The position numbers and the translations under genes were made by a program. A stretch of 64,000 nt of DNA. It comes from an uncultured Clostridia bacterium (GTDB taxonomy: Bacteria > Bacillota > Clostridia > TANB77 > CAG-508). Position 1 is the stretch's first letter. Each line of letters begins with the position of its first letter. Below the pieces are notes generated by a model that worked only from the letters and a program-made list of their open reading frames with translations, did not search any database and was not told where the DNA came from. The stretch covers positions 18,968 through 82,967 of the forward strand of contig CANQCU010000003.1 of the NCBI GenBank assembly GCA_947590905.1, in the 5' to 3' direction. Shown here one piece after another: positions 19,703-30,100 of this stretch.

Positions 19703-19742
19703 ACGGATATCCGTTGACTTTTACTTTTTAAGATGTTATAAT
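19703..19742 (+). promoter_or_regulatory. sigma-A promoter TTGACT-N17-TATAAT with an overlapping 12-bp perfect palindromic operator ACGGATATCCGT
   Basis: Read directly: palindrome at 19703-19714, -35 box at 19714-19719, -10 box at 19737-19742. Confidence 0.45.
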
Positions 19743-19910
19743 GGCGTAGTATATAAATTTGTATATAAATTAGCATTAGAAAAAATATTATTTTAGTGAA
19801 TTTTAGGCAGTACATTTATTCACACAATGGGAATGTATTGTCTTTTTTTAGATTTTATTATCTAAAAATGTAGTATAGTATTCTTTGTATATTTTTTTTG
19901 ATATAATACT

Positions 19911-19928
19911 TGGGAAAATAGACTATTT
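19911..19928 (+). repeat. copy 1 of the conserved motif TGGGAAAATAGACTATTT, just downstream of a TGnTATAAT-like -10 and upstream of the 175-aa ORF
   Basis: Near-identical to the motif at 21621-21639 upstream of brxA. Confidence 0.5.
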
Positions 19929-19937
19929 GAAAGGAGT

Positions 19938-20465
19938 ATGATTTATGTGATAACTATTACTAATGGAAAGGAAAAATTTACAATTAAAAAGAATAAGTTG
20001 TGGGAACGGAAAGAGTTTTTTAAAGGATTAGCAACAAAGTTTAAATATTCATATTGGGGAATAGAACTCTTATTTGTTAAAAAAGGTATAGGCAAGTTTG
20101 AAAAGATAATTAAATGTCTTCCAGATGGAGATGACATAGATAAAGAATATATAAATCTTGATAATAAACAAAGAAATTATATTCTTTTAAATGATGATGA
20201 CTATGCAGAAGTAAAAATGCTTTATGATAATATGAATACTGATATTGATTATAGAAAAGAAGCATATATTGAATCAACTTCAATATTATTTGCTTATGAA
20301 TTATATCAAAATCATATTTTAGAAGATGATACTGATGTTGATCCAGATGACATATTTTATAATTGGATAAATCAAAATTATTGTTATAAAAACTATAAAG
20401 AAGAAATATATGCAAAGGCTAAAAAGATATTGAAAGAAAAATATAATGTAGAAAACATATTATAG
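19938..20465 (+). CDS. hypothetical protein (175 aa), first gene of the cargo
   Basis: ORF preceded by aaggag. The in-frame GTG at 19947 has better RBS spacing than the ATG at 19938. No recognised domain. Confidence 0.35.
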   Translation: MIYVITITNGKEKFTIKKNKLWERKEFFKGLATKFKYSYWGIELLFVKKGIGKFEKIIKCLPDGDDIDKEYINLDNKQRNYILLNDDDYAEVKMLYDNMNTDIDYRKEAYIESTSILFAYELYQNHILEDDTDVDPDDIFYNWINQNYCYKNYKEEIYAKAKKILKEKYNVENIL

Positions 20466-20489
20466 TTAAATAGAAATGGAGTAGTAAAA

Positions 20490-21125
20490 ATGGAAGTAAA
20501 ATATATATTATTACTGATTATTGTAATTTTAATAGGTATTATTATTTATTTGATAGAACAATTAAAAAAAGCAAAAGAAGAAAATAATATTTTAATGAGC
20601 AATATTAAAATGGCAAAAAATAGAGAAGAAGATTATAGGCGTGAAAACGAAAGACTTAATTGGACTATGGAAATCAAAAAACGAACTAAAAAAGAAACAC
20701 CCAAAGAGCAATATACATCAAATAAGAATTTGAAAGTTCTTATTGGAGATTACAATAAATTAACGGTCACTAATACTAATTTAGTAATAGAAAGTTTAGG
20801 ATTAGAAACTGATATAGTTCAAAGTGGAGAAGATATAATAGAAAGAATACAAGATGGTGCAAAATATGATGTTATTATAACTAATAATGTTTATAGGGGA
20901 CATTTAGGAGGTCCAAATGTTTTGGACAAGTTAAAAGCAATGGAAAATTTTGATACACCTGTGATAATCTTAACAGTGGATCAAGATAAAAGAGATTATT
21001 ATATAAATAGTTGTGGATTTGATGAATATATACCAAAGCCATTAGATATAGAAAAAGCACAAACTGCATTAAAAAATGTAATACCTGGATTAAAGTTTAA
21101 AAAAATTAAAAGCAATAAATCATAG
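20490..21125 (+). CDS. membrane-anchored receiver-like (CheY-fold) protein with no output domain; Asn replaces the phospho-acceptor Asp
   Basis: N-terminal TM helix, then a charged coiled coil. The receiver-like block has the conserved Thr (PVIILTVD) and Lys (EYIPKPLD). At the expected acceptor position the sequence is DVIITNNVY, so Asp is replaced by Asn. Confidence 0.4.
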   Translation: MEVKYILLLIIVILIGIIIYLIEQLKKAKEENNILMSNIKMAKNREEDYRRENERLNWTMEIKKRTKKETPKEQYTSNKNLKVLIGDYNKLTVTNTNLVIESLGLETDIVQSGEDIIERIQDGAKYDVIITNNVYRGHLGGPNVLDKLKAMENFDTPVIILTVDQDKRDYYINSCGFDEYIPKPLDIEKAQTALKNVIPGLKFKKIKSNKS

Positions 21126-21130
21126 TTGGT

Positions 21131-21577
21131 TTATTGCTTTTTTCTACCTAGCAATTCATCAATAGAAAATGGTTGATATATTTTAGTAAGATTATATAAA
21201 AATGCAGTAGGTATAAGATTATGAGCATTTTCATAATGAGCATAGGCTGCTTGTGTTGTATTTATTTTTTTAGATACTTGTAGTTGTGTTAAATTATGCT
21301 TTTTTCTAATGAGGCGTAAGTTTTTGCCGATTAAGTTCAAGTCTATTTTTAAAGGTAAATAATCTATATTGTTGTTTGTAAGACCAAATAAATAATCTAA
21401 ACTAAAATTATAATGATTTGCATAATCAATTAGTCTTCTTAAAGGTATTGTGTCTTTGCCAGTCTCCCAACCTGACACAGTTGAAAAATTAACATTAAAT
21501 AAATCAGCAATATCTTTTTGTTTAATGTCTAACATCTCTCTACTTTCTTTTAGATTTTTGATTCGCATTGTACTCAC
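21131..21577 (-). CDS. XRE-family regulator with two tandem helix-turn-helix domains, divergent from brxA
   Basis: HTH 1 is IKQKDIADLFNVNFSTVSGWETG. HTH 2 is LIRKKHNLTQLQVSKKINTTQAAYAHYENA. Confidence 0.6.
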   Translation of the reverse strand: MSTMRIKNLKESREMLDIKQKDIADLFNVNFSTVSGWETGKDTIPLRRLIDYANHYNFSLDYLFGLTNNNIDYLPLKIDLNLIGKNLRLIRKKHNLTQLQVSKKINTTQAAYAHYENAHNLIPTAFLYNLTKIYQPFSIDELLGRKKQ

Positions 21578-21620
21578 CCGAATATTATTATTTCATTAAC
21601 TTGTGCTTATATTATTTTTC

Positions 21621-21639
21621 TGGGGAAAATAGACTATTT
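21621..21639 (+). repeat. copy 2 of the motif TGGGGAAAATAGACTATTT, in the brxA promoter region; a partial third copy TAGACTATTTTTC lies at 21705-21716
   Basis: Same sequence and same placement as copy 1: immediately 3' of a TATATTAT -10-like box. Confidence 0.5.
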
Positions 21640-21790
21640 TTTTTAAAAAATAATTCTAAAAGTGAGAATAATTGTTCATATAAAATAAAATTCTTGCGAA
21701 TAATTAGACTATTTTTCTTCAAATGCTTTTCAATTATAAACATATATGTTATAATTATTTTGTTGAAATTTCTTGAAAAAAGGAGGAAAT

Positions 21791-22387
21791 ATGGAAGATT
21801 ATAGTGCCAAATTAACAGGTGAGCCATTTTTATATAACGAAACAAAAATTATTGGTAGATACTTGTTAGATGGAGAAAACGAAGCAGAATTAAAAAGGCG
21901 AAATATTGAAGAAAATCTTATTAAACATAAAAAAACAGGTAGTGTTAAAAGAGTTAATGCTCCTATATTTAGAAGACTTAATGTAATGAGTAAAGAAATG
22001 CTTGAAGAATTTGTTTGTTCGGATATTGAAACAAGTAAATGTATCTTGTTATATGCCATAATGAAAACTGATAGACTTGTAAAAGATTTTATATTTGAAG
22101 TCTATAAAGATAAGTTGTTTATGAGAAAAGAATATATTGAAAAGTTTGATATAGATAACTGGTATGAAGAAAAATGTATATTAAGTGAAACACTTAAAAA
22201 TAGAAGTGAAACAACAACTGCAAAATTAAAACAAGTAATAATGAAAATATTGCAAGATTCAGGATTAGTAATAAAAGAAAAAGATAGATTTAAAATAGTT
22301 AGACCTTTATTAAAAGAAAAATATATAAATATGCTTGATAAAAATGGAGATTTAGAATATGCGAAAGCAATAGGAGGGTTGTTATGA
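21791..22387 (+). CDS. brxA: BREX protein BrxA (DUF1819)
   Basis: About 198 aa. The N-terminus YSAKLTGEPFLYNETKIIGRYLL matches the conserved BrxA start YSARLT.G.F. First gene of a canonical type 1 BREX order. RBS AAGGAGG lies 8 nt upstream of the ATG at 21791. Confidence 0.75.
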   Translation: MEDYSAKLTGEPFLYNETKIIGRYLLDGENEAELKRRNIEENLIKHKKTGSVKRVNAPIFRRLNVMSKEMLEEFVCSDIETSKCILLYAIMKTDRLVKDFIFEVYKDKLFMRKEYIEKFDIDNWYEEKCILSETLKNRSETTTAKLKQVIMKILQDSGLVIKEKDRFKIVRPLLKEKYINMLDKNGDLEYAKAIGGLL

Positions 22388-22959
22388 TGAAAAGCATAAA
22401 TACTAGATTACAAGAAATGACAAATAAATTAAGTAGTAATGAGTTGTTTGAATCAAATGGTCTAGGAAATGAAATTAACTTCCATATATTTGACTATGAT
22501 CCAGAAGATGAATATATAGTAAGAGAATATTTAGAAAATTACTTACTGAAAAAAAGTAAACTGAATATAAAAGTATTTGATATATACGATATTATTATTG
22601 AAATATTAAAAGAAAAAGGTTTTCTTGAAAAATGCTTTGACTATGAAAATAAAAAAGGAGCAAAAGCCTTAAATAGTCTTATTTCAAAAACTGTGGGAAT
22701 TGGCTCTGGAAATGATTTGATAATGAAAAAAATAAAAAGCGAAATAGAGCCTAATCAAATAATTTTAATAACAGGAATTGGGAAGTGTTATGGAATTGTA
22801 AGAGGACATACAATATTGAATAACTTACATAGTGTAGTTACGAATAATCCTTTGATAATGTTCTATCCAGGAACATACAATGGACAAAGTTTTCAACTAT
22901 TTGATAAATTAGAAAATGATAATTATTATAGAGCATTCCAATTTGTAGGAAGAAAGTAG
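22384..22959 (+). CDS. brxB: BREX protein BrxB (DUF1788)
   Basis: 191 aa. Its start ATGATGA overlaps the brxA stop. Size and position fit BrxB. Confidence 0.6.
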   Translation: MMKSINTRLQEMTNKLSSNELFESNGLGNEINFHIFDYDPEDEYIVREYLENYLLKKSKLNIKVFDIYDIIIEILKEKGFLEKCFDYENKKGAKALNSLISKTVGIGSGNDLIMKKIKSEIEPNQIILITGIGKCYGIVRGHTILNNLHSVVTNNPLIMFYPGTYNGQSFQLFDKLENDNYYRAFQFVGRK

Positions 22960-22969
22960 GAGGAGTAAA

Positions 22970-25900
22970 ATGGATGATTTAAAGAAAATATATGCAAAAG
23001 ATATTGAAAGAGAAATACAAGGAGTTATTAAAGTTGATGATGAAAGTTATATCAGTCAAGAATTAGAAGAATATGTAGTTACAGAAGAATTATTAAAACA
23101 TTTTAATAGTTTCTTTGACGCATATAATGCAGGTATAAATGGAAATACTGAAAAAATGGGAGTATGGATTTCTGGTTTCTTCGGTAGTGGTAAATCTCAC
23201 TTTTTAAAAATCATATCTTATTTATTAGAAAATAAAGTAGTTAATGGTAAGGCAGCAGTTGATTATTTTGATGACAAAATAGAAGATAAAATGCTACTTG
23301 CAGATATAAAAAGAGCAGGAAGTATTCCAACAGATGTAATCTTATTTAATATTGATTCTAAAACAGAAAATAGTAATGGAACAAAAGATAGAATACTTGA
23401 TGTTTTTGAAAAAGTATTTAATGAAAAAATGGGATTATCTATTACACCATTTGTTGCAGAAATTGAAAGACATATTATTAGTCAAGGTAAGTATGAAGAA
23501 TTTAAAAAAGCATTTGAAAGTAAAGCAAATAACTCTTGGGAAGAAATGCGTGATGGTATTCAATTTGTAGAAGATGAATTTGCAAGTGCTTATGCCGAAG
23601 TATTAGGTAAATCAGAAGAAGAAGCAAGAAATATTGTTGAAAGAACAGAAAAAAATTATACTTTATCAGTAGAAAAATTAGCAGAAAGAATAAGAGATTA
23701 CATTAAATCAAAAGGAAATAATCATCATATTGTATTCCTAGTAGATGAAATAGGACAATACATTGGAGATGATAGAAGTTTAATGTTAAATCTTCAAACA
23801 ATAGTAGAAGATTTAGGACTTGAATGTGGTGGAAAGGCTTGGGTAATCGTTACAAGTCAAGAAGCAATAGATGATGTCGTAAAAGTACAAGGAAATGACT
23901 TTTCTAAAATTCAAGGAAGATTTGATACTAAACTTTCTTTATCAAGTTCTGATATAGATGAAGTAATTAAGAAAAGAATATTAGACAAAACAGAAGAAGC
24001 AACTACAAGTTTAAAAATGATTTATGAAAAAGAAGAATCTATTATTAGAAACTTATTAACATTTAAGAATGCAACATATCAAAAAGTATATGAAGATAGT
24101 ACAGATTTTGCAGAAACATATCCATTTATTCCTTATCAATTTAAGTTATTACAAGATGTATTTACTGATATAAGAAAACACGGTTATGCAGGAAAACACT
24201 TATCAAGTGGAGAAAGATCACTACTAGGAGCATTCCAAGAAACTGCCAAAAGATTTGGAGATAGTGAAATAGGTACAATTATACCTTTCTATGCTTTCTA
24301 CGATACTATTGAACAATTCCTAGAACATCAAGTAAAAATAGTTATTAAAACTGCTATGGATACAGTTCAAAGTGGAGAATTAAAAGATATAGATGTAGAA
24401 GTATTAAAAATGTTATTTATGCTAAAAAACATTAAAGAAATACCTGCTAATATTGATAATCTATCTACTTTATATGTATCTAATATAAAAGATGACAAGA
24501 TTTCTATTAAAAAGGAAATAGCAGATTCTTTAAGAAGATTAGAGGCACAAACTTTAATTCAAAGAAACAATGATGAATATAAATTTTTAACTGATGAAGA
24601 ACAAGAAATAAATAGAGAAATAAAACAAATATTTATTGACCAAAATAGAAAAATTGATTATTTAAAAAGAATTGTTTTTGATTATATACTTACAGATAAT
24701 AAGTTTACTTATAAGAATAAACAATTCCCACTTACTAAATACATAGATAATATTAAATATTCACAAGAATATGAAATAGGTATTAGAGTAGTCACTTCAT
24801 CTCCTGAACAAGATGACACAGAAATCATTATGCAATCTGCAAGAGAAAATAAATATGTATTTGTTAAACTTGAAATATCTACTTTAATCTATGATGAAAT
24901 AACTAATTATTTACAAGTAGAAGAATATAGAAGAAGTAAAAGTGGAGTATTCCAAACACAACAAGTTGAAGATATTATAAGAGCAAAACAAAGAGAAATA
25001 GAAAAAGCAGAAGATATAATTAGAGAAAATATTAAAGAACAATTAAATGAAGCAGAAATTATTATTGCAGGAGATAGACAAAATATAAGTGCAAAAGAAG
25101 CAAAAGCAAGAGTAAATGAAGCATTAGAAATTCTAATCAATAACATATATACAAAATTCACATACATCAAACATAACTTTACTACACAAGACATTAGAGA
25201 GTTATTCCACGAAAATAGACAAAATATGTTAGGAAATGAAGTTGAATTTGTTAATCAAAAGGCTTATGACGCAATGAAAGAATATTGTGAAGAAAAAAAT
25301 GCTTTCAGTCTTCCTATGACAATTAGAACACTTTTACAAGACTTTGGAAATGCTCCTTACGGATTTTTAGATGAAGATATTTTATATATCTTAACTAGAT
25401 TATTAAAAGATGAAGTTGTATCTTTAATTTATAATAATGAAGTACAAAATATTACTTCCGAAGATACACTAACTAAAATATTAAAAAGAGATTATTATGA
25501 TAGAACAATAATAAAAATTAGACAAAAAATAGAGATAAACTTAATCAATGATTTAAAAGCCGTTGCAAGAAATGCTTTCAATGTAATCAATTTAAGAGAT
25601 GATGAAGATGGAATGGTTGAAGATTTTAAAGCAGAGTGTCTTCAAAGTACATTAAATAAATTAAATAAAATAGCAGGATACTATAATATTTCTGGAAGCA
25701 AATATCAATATCCTGGACAAGATGTAAAAGATGAAGCAACTAATTTAATGGAGAGATTATTAAAAATTAGAGATGTTGGAGAATTCTTTAAAGAAGTATC
25801 AAACTGTAAAGGAGTATTGGAAGAATTATCTCCAAAAATAGAAATGGTATTAGATTTCTTTGATGGAACACAAAAAGAACAATTTGATGAAGCCAGAAAA

Positions 25901-26497
25901 ATAATTATTATTTATGATAATAATAAGGACTACGCTGATAGAACAGAAGAACTTTCAAATGTAGTTGATAAAATTGTTTCTATATTAACATCTAGTGAGC
26001 CATATAGTGAAATACACGAACTACCAACATTAAGAAAAGACTTAATTGATTTACTTACACAAATGTATGATGTTAAATCAGAGCCAATTATTAAGATGAT
26101 AAATAATACTATTGAATATATTGAAAACGAAGTAAAACAAGCAGAAGTAGATGAAAACTTTGGAAAGAGATATATTGATACTTGCAAAAATGTTATTGAT
26201 ACATTAGAGCGTTCAAATGAATTAAAAGATATATTTGCACAACAAACTAGAATAGATCAATTAAAAGATAGTTTTATTACTGCATTAGAATATGAAAAGA
26301 GTAAGAAAAATGCTACTAACGAAGTAGGAGAAGTAATAGAAGAAAAAATTGTTAAGAGAACTATTATTAGAACTGATAGTTTAATGAATCGTACCTATGA
26401 AATAAATTCAAAAGAAGATATAGATAAATATGTAGAGGAGTTAAGAACTAAACTATTAAAAGAGTTTGAAAAGAATAATAACTTAACAATTAGATAG
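22970..26497 (+). CDS. brxC: BREX ATPase BrxC/PglY
   Basis: 1175 aa. Walker A motif GFFGSGKSHFLK near the N-terminus, as in BrxC. Large alpha-helical C-terminus. Confidence 0.8.
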   Translation: MDDLKKIYAKDIEREIQGVIKVDDESYISQELEEYVVTEELLKHFNSFFDAYNAGINGNTEKMGVWISGFFGSGKSHFLKIISYLLENKVVNGKAAVDYFDDKIEDKMLLADIKRAGSIPTDVILFNIDSKTENSNGTKDRILDVFEKVFNEKMGLSITPFVAEIERHIISQGKYEEFKKAFESKANNSWEEMRDGIQFVEDEFASAYAEVLGKSEEEARNIVERTEKNYTLSVEKLAERIRDYIKSKGNNHHIVFLVDEIGQYIGDDRSLMLNLQTIVEDLGLECGGKAWVIVTSQEAIDDVVKVQGNDFSKIQGRFDTKLSLSSSDIDEVIKKRILDKTEEATTSLKMIYEKEESIIRNLLTFKNATYQKVYEDSTDFAETYPFIPYQFKLLQDVFTDIRKHGYAGKHLSSGERSLLGAFQETAKRFGDSEIGTIIPFYAFYDTIEQFLEHQVKIVIKTAMDTVQSGELKDIDVEVLKMLFMLKNIKEIPANIDNLSTLYVSNIKDDKISIKKEIADSLRRLEAQTLIQRNNDEYKFLTDEEQEINREIKQIFIDQNRKIDYLKRIVFDYILTDNKFTYKNKQFPLTKYIDNIKYSQEYEIGIRVVTSSPEQDDTEIIMQSARENKYVFVKLEISTLIYDEITNYLQVEEYRRSKSGVFQTQQVEDIIRAKQREIEKAEDIIRENIKEQLNEAEIIIAGDRQNISAKEAKARVNEALEILINNIYTKFTYIKHNFTTQDIRELFHENRQNMLGNEVEFVNQKAYDAMKEYCEEKNAFSLPMTIRTLLQDFGNAPYGFLDEDILYILTRLLKDEVVSLIYNNEVQNITSEDTLTKILKRDYYDRTIIKIRQKIEINLINDLKAVARNAFNVINLRDDEDGMVEDFKAECLQSTLNKLNKIAGYYNISGSKYQYPGQDVKDEATNLMERLLKIRDVGEFFKEVSNCKGVLEELSPKIEMVLDFFDGTQKEQFDEARKIIIIYDNNKDYADRTEELSNVVDKIVSILTSSEPYSEIHELPTLRKDLIDLLTQMYDVKSEPIIKMINNTIEYIENEVKQAEVDENFGKRYIDTCKNVIDTLERSNELKDIFAQQTRIDQLKDSFITALEYEKSKKNATNEVGEVIEEKIVKRTIIRTDSLMNRTYEINSKEDIDKYVEELRTKLLKEFEKNNNLTIR

Positions 26498-26514
26498 TAA
26501 AAGGAGATAAGCAG

Positions 26515-27168
26515 ATGAATAAAAAAGAAAAATTACAAAAATTGATAGAAAAAGGAAAAGAGTTTATAGGGAAGAATTTAACACACAATGATTCACATTT
26601 TTGTGCTTGGAATGCCTCTGTAATTAGGTTTATTGAAAATGAATTTGGAGTTAATTCAACAGATGCAAAGCGATTAAAAGGAAGACTTTATCAACCATCT
26701 GCTTATGCACCTGGGGCAGATAATCAAAGTTTATTTGTAAAATATTTTGAAAGAGATTTAAGTAAAACATTAGAAGAATTAGAAATGATTTTTGATGATA
26801 TAGAAGAAAATAATTTTCAAGGAGAAAAGAATTTTCAAGAAGAAAAGAAAAATATTGGAGGAACAACAATTAATTTTAACATTGATAACAGCAATACGAA
26901 TACAAATACTACAAACATCAATATTTCATTTGAAAAATTAAAAGGAGATATTGAGAATGATTCATCTATTGTAAATGAGGATAAAATAGAAATATTAAAT
27001 AAATTAGATGAAATTAAAAATATACAATTAAGCAACATTCCTAAAAAGGAAAAGTGGATAACAATAAAGAAAATACTTATATTTTTACTAGATAAAGGAG
27101 TAGATTTTGCTATTGCATATTTACCACAAATATTATTACTACTTAAAATGGGAGGTATAAATGGATAA
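26515..27168 (+). CDS. uncharacterised 217-aa protein embedded in the BREX operon between brxC and pglX, with a C-terminal hydrophobic helix
   Basis: RBS aaggagataagcagatg. Its stop overlaps the pglX start (translational coupling). Asn/Thr-rich low-complexity middle. No recognised domain. Confidence 0.4.
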   Translation: MNKKEKLQKLIEKGKEFIGKNLTHNDSHFCAWNASVIRFIENEFGVNSTDAKRLKGRLYQPSAYAPGADNQSLFVKYFERDLSKTLEELEMIFDDIEENNFQGEKNFQEEKKNIGGTTINFNIDNSNTNTNTTNINISFEKLKGDIENDSSIVNEDKIEILNKLDEIKNIQLSNIPKKEKWITIKKILIFLLDKGVDFAIAYLPQILLLLKMGGING

Positions 27169-30100
27169 AACAGTATTAAAAAAATTTGCTATTGAATCAA
27201 GACAAGATTTAATGGAAAAAATTAAAAACAAAATAAAAACTTTCTATGTTGATGAAGTGTTTTCAAATGAACAAAAAGGTGAATTATATGTTTTATCTAA
27301 CGAAAAACACACATTAAGTCTAACAAATGAAGAATATAAGAAAAGAGAACTTTTAATTAAGAGAATAAAAGAATTATCATTAGAACAAGTAATAGAGGAA
27401 GCAGCGTATACTTGGTTTAATAGAATTGTTGCCATTCGTTATATGGAAATAAACGATATTCTTCCTTTAACAAAAGAAAATCAATCACTAGGAATAAGAG
27501 TATTATCATCAAAAGATAATACTCCCGATCCAGAAATATTAAAGTTTACTAATCTAACTAATCCAGATTTAGATATTGACTTTAAAAAAGAAATATATTC
27601 AGAATTAAAAGATGAAAATGATAAGTTTAAATATGTTTTATTATTAGTTTGCAAAAAATTAGGAAAAGTTATTCCACAAGTATTTGATGGTATAACTGAT
27701 TATATTGATATTTTAATTCCAGACAATTTACTTAATGATACTGGATTTATAACGAAAGTTATAAAAGATGTTCCAGAAGATAATTATAATCAGGTAGAAA
27801 TTATAGGATGGTTATATCAATATTATAATCAAATAGAAAAAGATAGAGTTATAACTTCTAAAAAGGCATATAAGAAAACAGAAATTCCTTATGCTACTCA
27901 ATTATTTACGCCAGACTGGATTGTAAAGTATATGGTTGAAAATTCGTTAGGAAGATATTGGATAGAACATAATGGAGAGAGGACATTATATCCAAGTAAT
28001 AATCTACATCAATCTTCTTCAATTATGGAAAATTGGGAACATTTTATAAAAGAGAATATAGAATACCAAGATAACAAATTAGATCCAACTAAAATTACTT
28101 TTATTGATCCTTGTTGTGGAAGTGGGCATATTTTAGTTTATGCTTTTGAAATATTTTATCAAATTTATTTAAAATCAGGGTATAACAAAAATGATATACC
28201 AGAGTTAATATTAAAAAATAATTTATATGGGTTGGATATTGATGATAGAGCAGGACAATTATCTATATTATCAGTATTATTAAAAGCAAGAGAATATGAT
28301 AAATATATATTTAATAAAGAAATTGTAAAAAAATTAAACATTATAAGCATACAAGAATCTAATACAATAAATCCAGAAATTTTAAATAATTTGAATGATA
28401 TAAATATGAAAGAAGACGCTAAAAAATTACTTGAAACTTTTAGTAATGCAAAAGAAATAGGCTCTTTAATTGTACCAAGTTGTTTAGATTACGAAAAATT
28501 AGAACAAGAAATATATAAAGATGATACAATTTTTGGAATTGAGTTAAAAGATAAATTATTGCCTTTAATTAAGATAAATAAAATATTATCAACATCATAC
28601 GATATAGTAGTTACTAATCCACCATATATGGGCGAAAGGTATATGAGCCAAAACTTAAAAACTTTTATTAAAAAATATTATGAAGTAGGAAAAAACGATT
28701 TATTTTCTGCATTCATTTTAAGAATTATAGACTTCTGTAAAAAAGATGGCTTTTCAGGAATTATATCACCTTATGTTTGGTTTTTTATAAAAAGTTATAT
28801 AGATTTACGAAAAAAGGTTTTGCAAGAAATGACTTTTAAATCTTGTATTCAATTAGAATACAATGCCTTTGAAGTAGCGTGTGTTCCAGTTGCAACTTAT
28901 ATATTGAAGAAAAGCCATTCTATTGAAAAGGGAATCTATATAAAGTTATCAGATTTTAAAGGTGCTGATAATCAGGAGCCAAAATTTTTAGAAGCAATAC
29001 ATAATCAAGAGTGTAGTTATAAATATGTAAGGAATACAGATATATTTGAAAAAATACCAAATAATACTTTTGCTTATTGGATTGGAAATAATATGCTTGA
29101 AGTGTATGCAAAGTCATTGCCATTATCTAATTATGCTACTGCTTGTGTAGGATTACAAACAAGTGATAACAAAAGATTTTTGAGAGAATGGTATGAAGTT
29201 GATATAGAAAAAATTGGCTTTAATATTAAAAATATTGAAGAATCTATTAAAACTCATAATAAGTGGTTCCCTTATAACAAAGGTGGAGGATTTAGAAGAT
29301 GGTATGGTAATGTTTTAGAAGTAGTAAATTGGGAAAATGATGGTTTTGAAATAAGAAAATATAATGAATATTTAAATTCTTCAAGAAATTCTAATATTGG
29401 TATTGCAAATACTAAATATTACTTTAAAGAAAGTGGAACTTGGGGGCTTATTAGTTCAGCAGATTTTTCAGTAAGATATTCACCAGTAGGATATATATTT
29501 GATACAGCAGGATCATCTATTTTTAGCGAAGAAAATTTAAAATACTATATAGGATTATTAAATACTTCACTTGTAAAAGAATTGCTTTTAATTCAAAACC
29601 CAACTTTAAATTTTACACCTGGAAATGTTGCAAATTTGCCAGTAATTCTTCCTGAGGTAGAAATAAAAGATTGCATAGAGAAAATTGTTGATAAAAACAT
29701 AGAAATTTCAAAACAAGACTGGGATTCTTTTGAAACAAGTTGGGATTTTGTTAAGCACCCATTATTATTGGAGGCAAATTTAACACCTAAACAAATTCAA
29801 AAAGAAGAATCTAATGGATTTCAAGTATGTAATAACTTAGAAGAAGCATATAATCATTGGACTATAAGTTGTAATAATAGATTTAAGCAACTTAAAGAAA
29901 ATGAAGAAGAATTAAATCGCATTTTTATAGATATATATGGTTTGCAAAATGAATTAACACCAGAAGTAGAAGACAAAGATATAACTATAAGATTAGCAGA
30001 TAAGGAAAGAGATATAAAATCATTTATCAGTTATGCAGTTGGTTGTATGTTTGGTAGATATTCGTTAGATGAAGATGGACTAATTTATGCAGGTGGAGAT

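Noticed and set aside
24907-26187. Antisense ORFs inside brxC (24907-25194 and 25930-26187, minus strand) and similar antisense ORFs inside pglX, pglZ, hydB and hydA
   Set aside because: They are low-complexity (Ser/Leu/Ile-rich) translations of the opposite strand of well-supported genes, with no RBS.
27178-27184. A7 tract at codons 6-8 of pglX as a phase-variation switch
   Set aside because: A-runs of this length are ubiquitous in a roughly 26% GC genome. Phase-variable pglX loci usually use longer G/C tracts or invertible segments.
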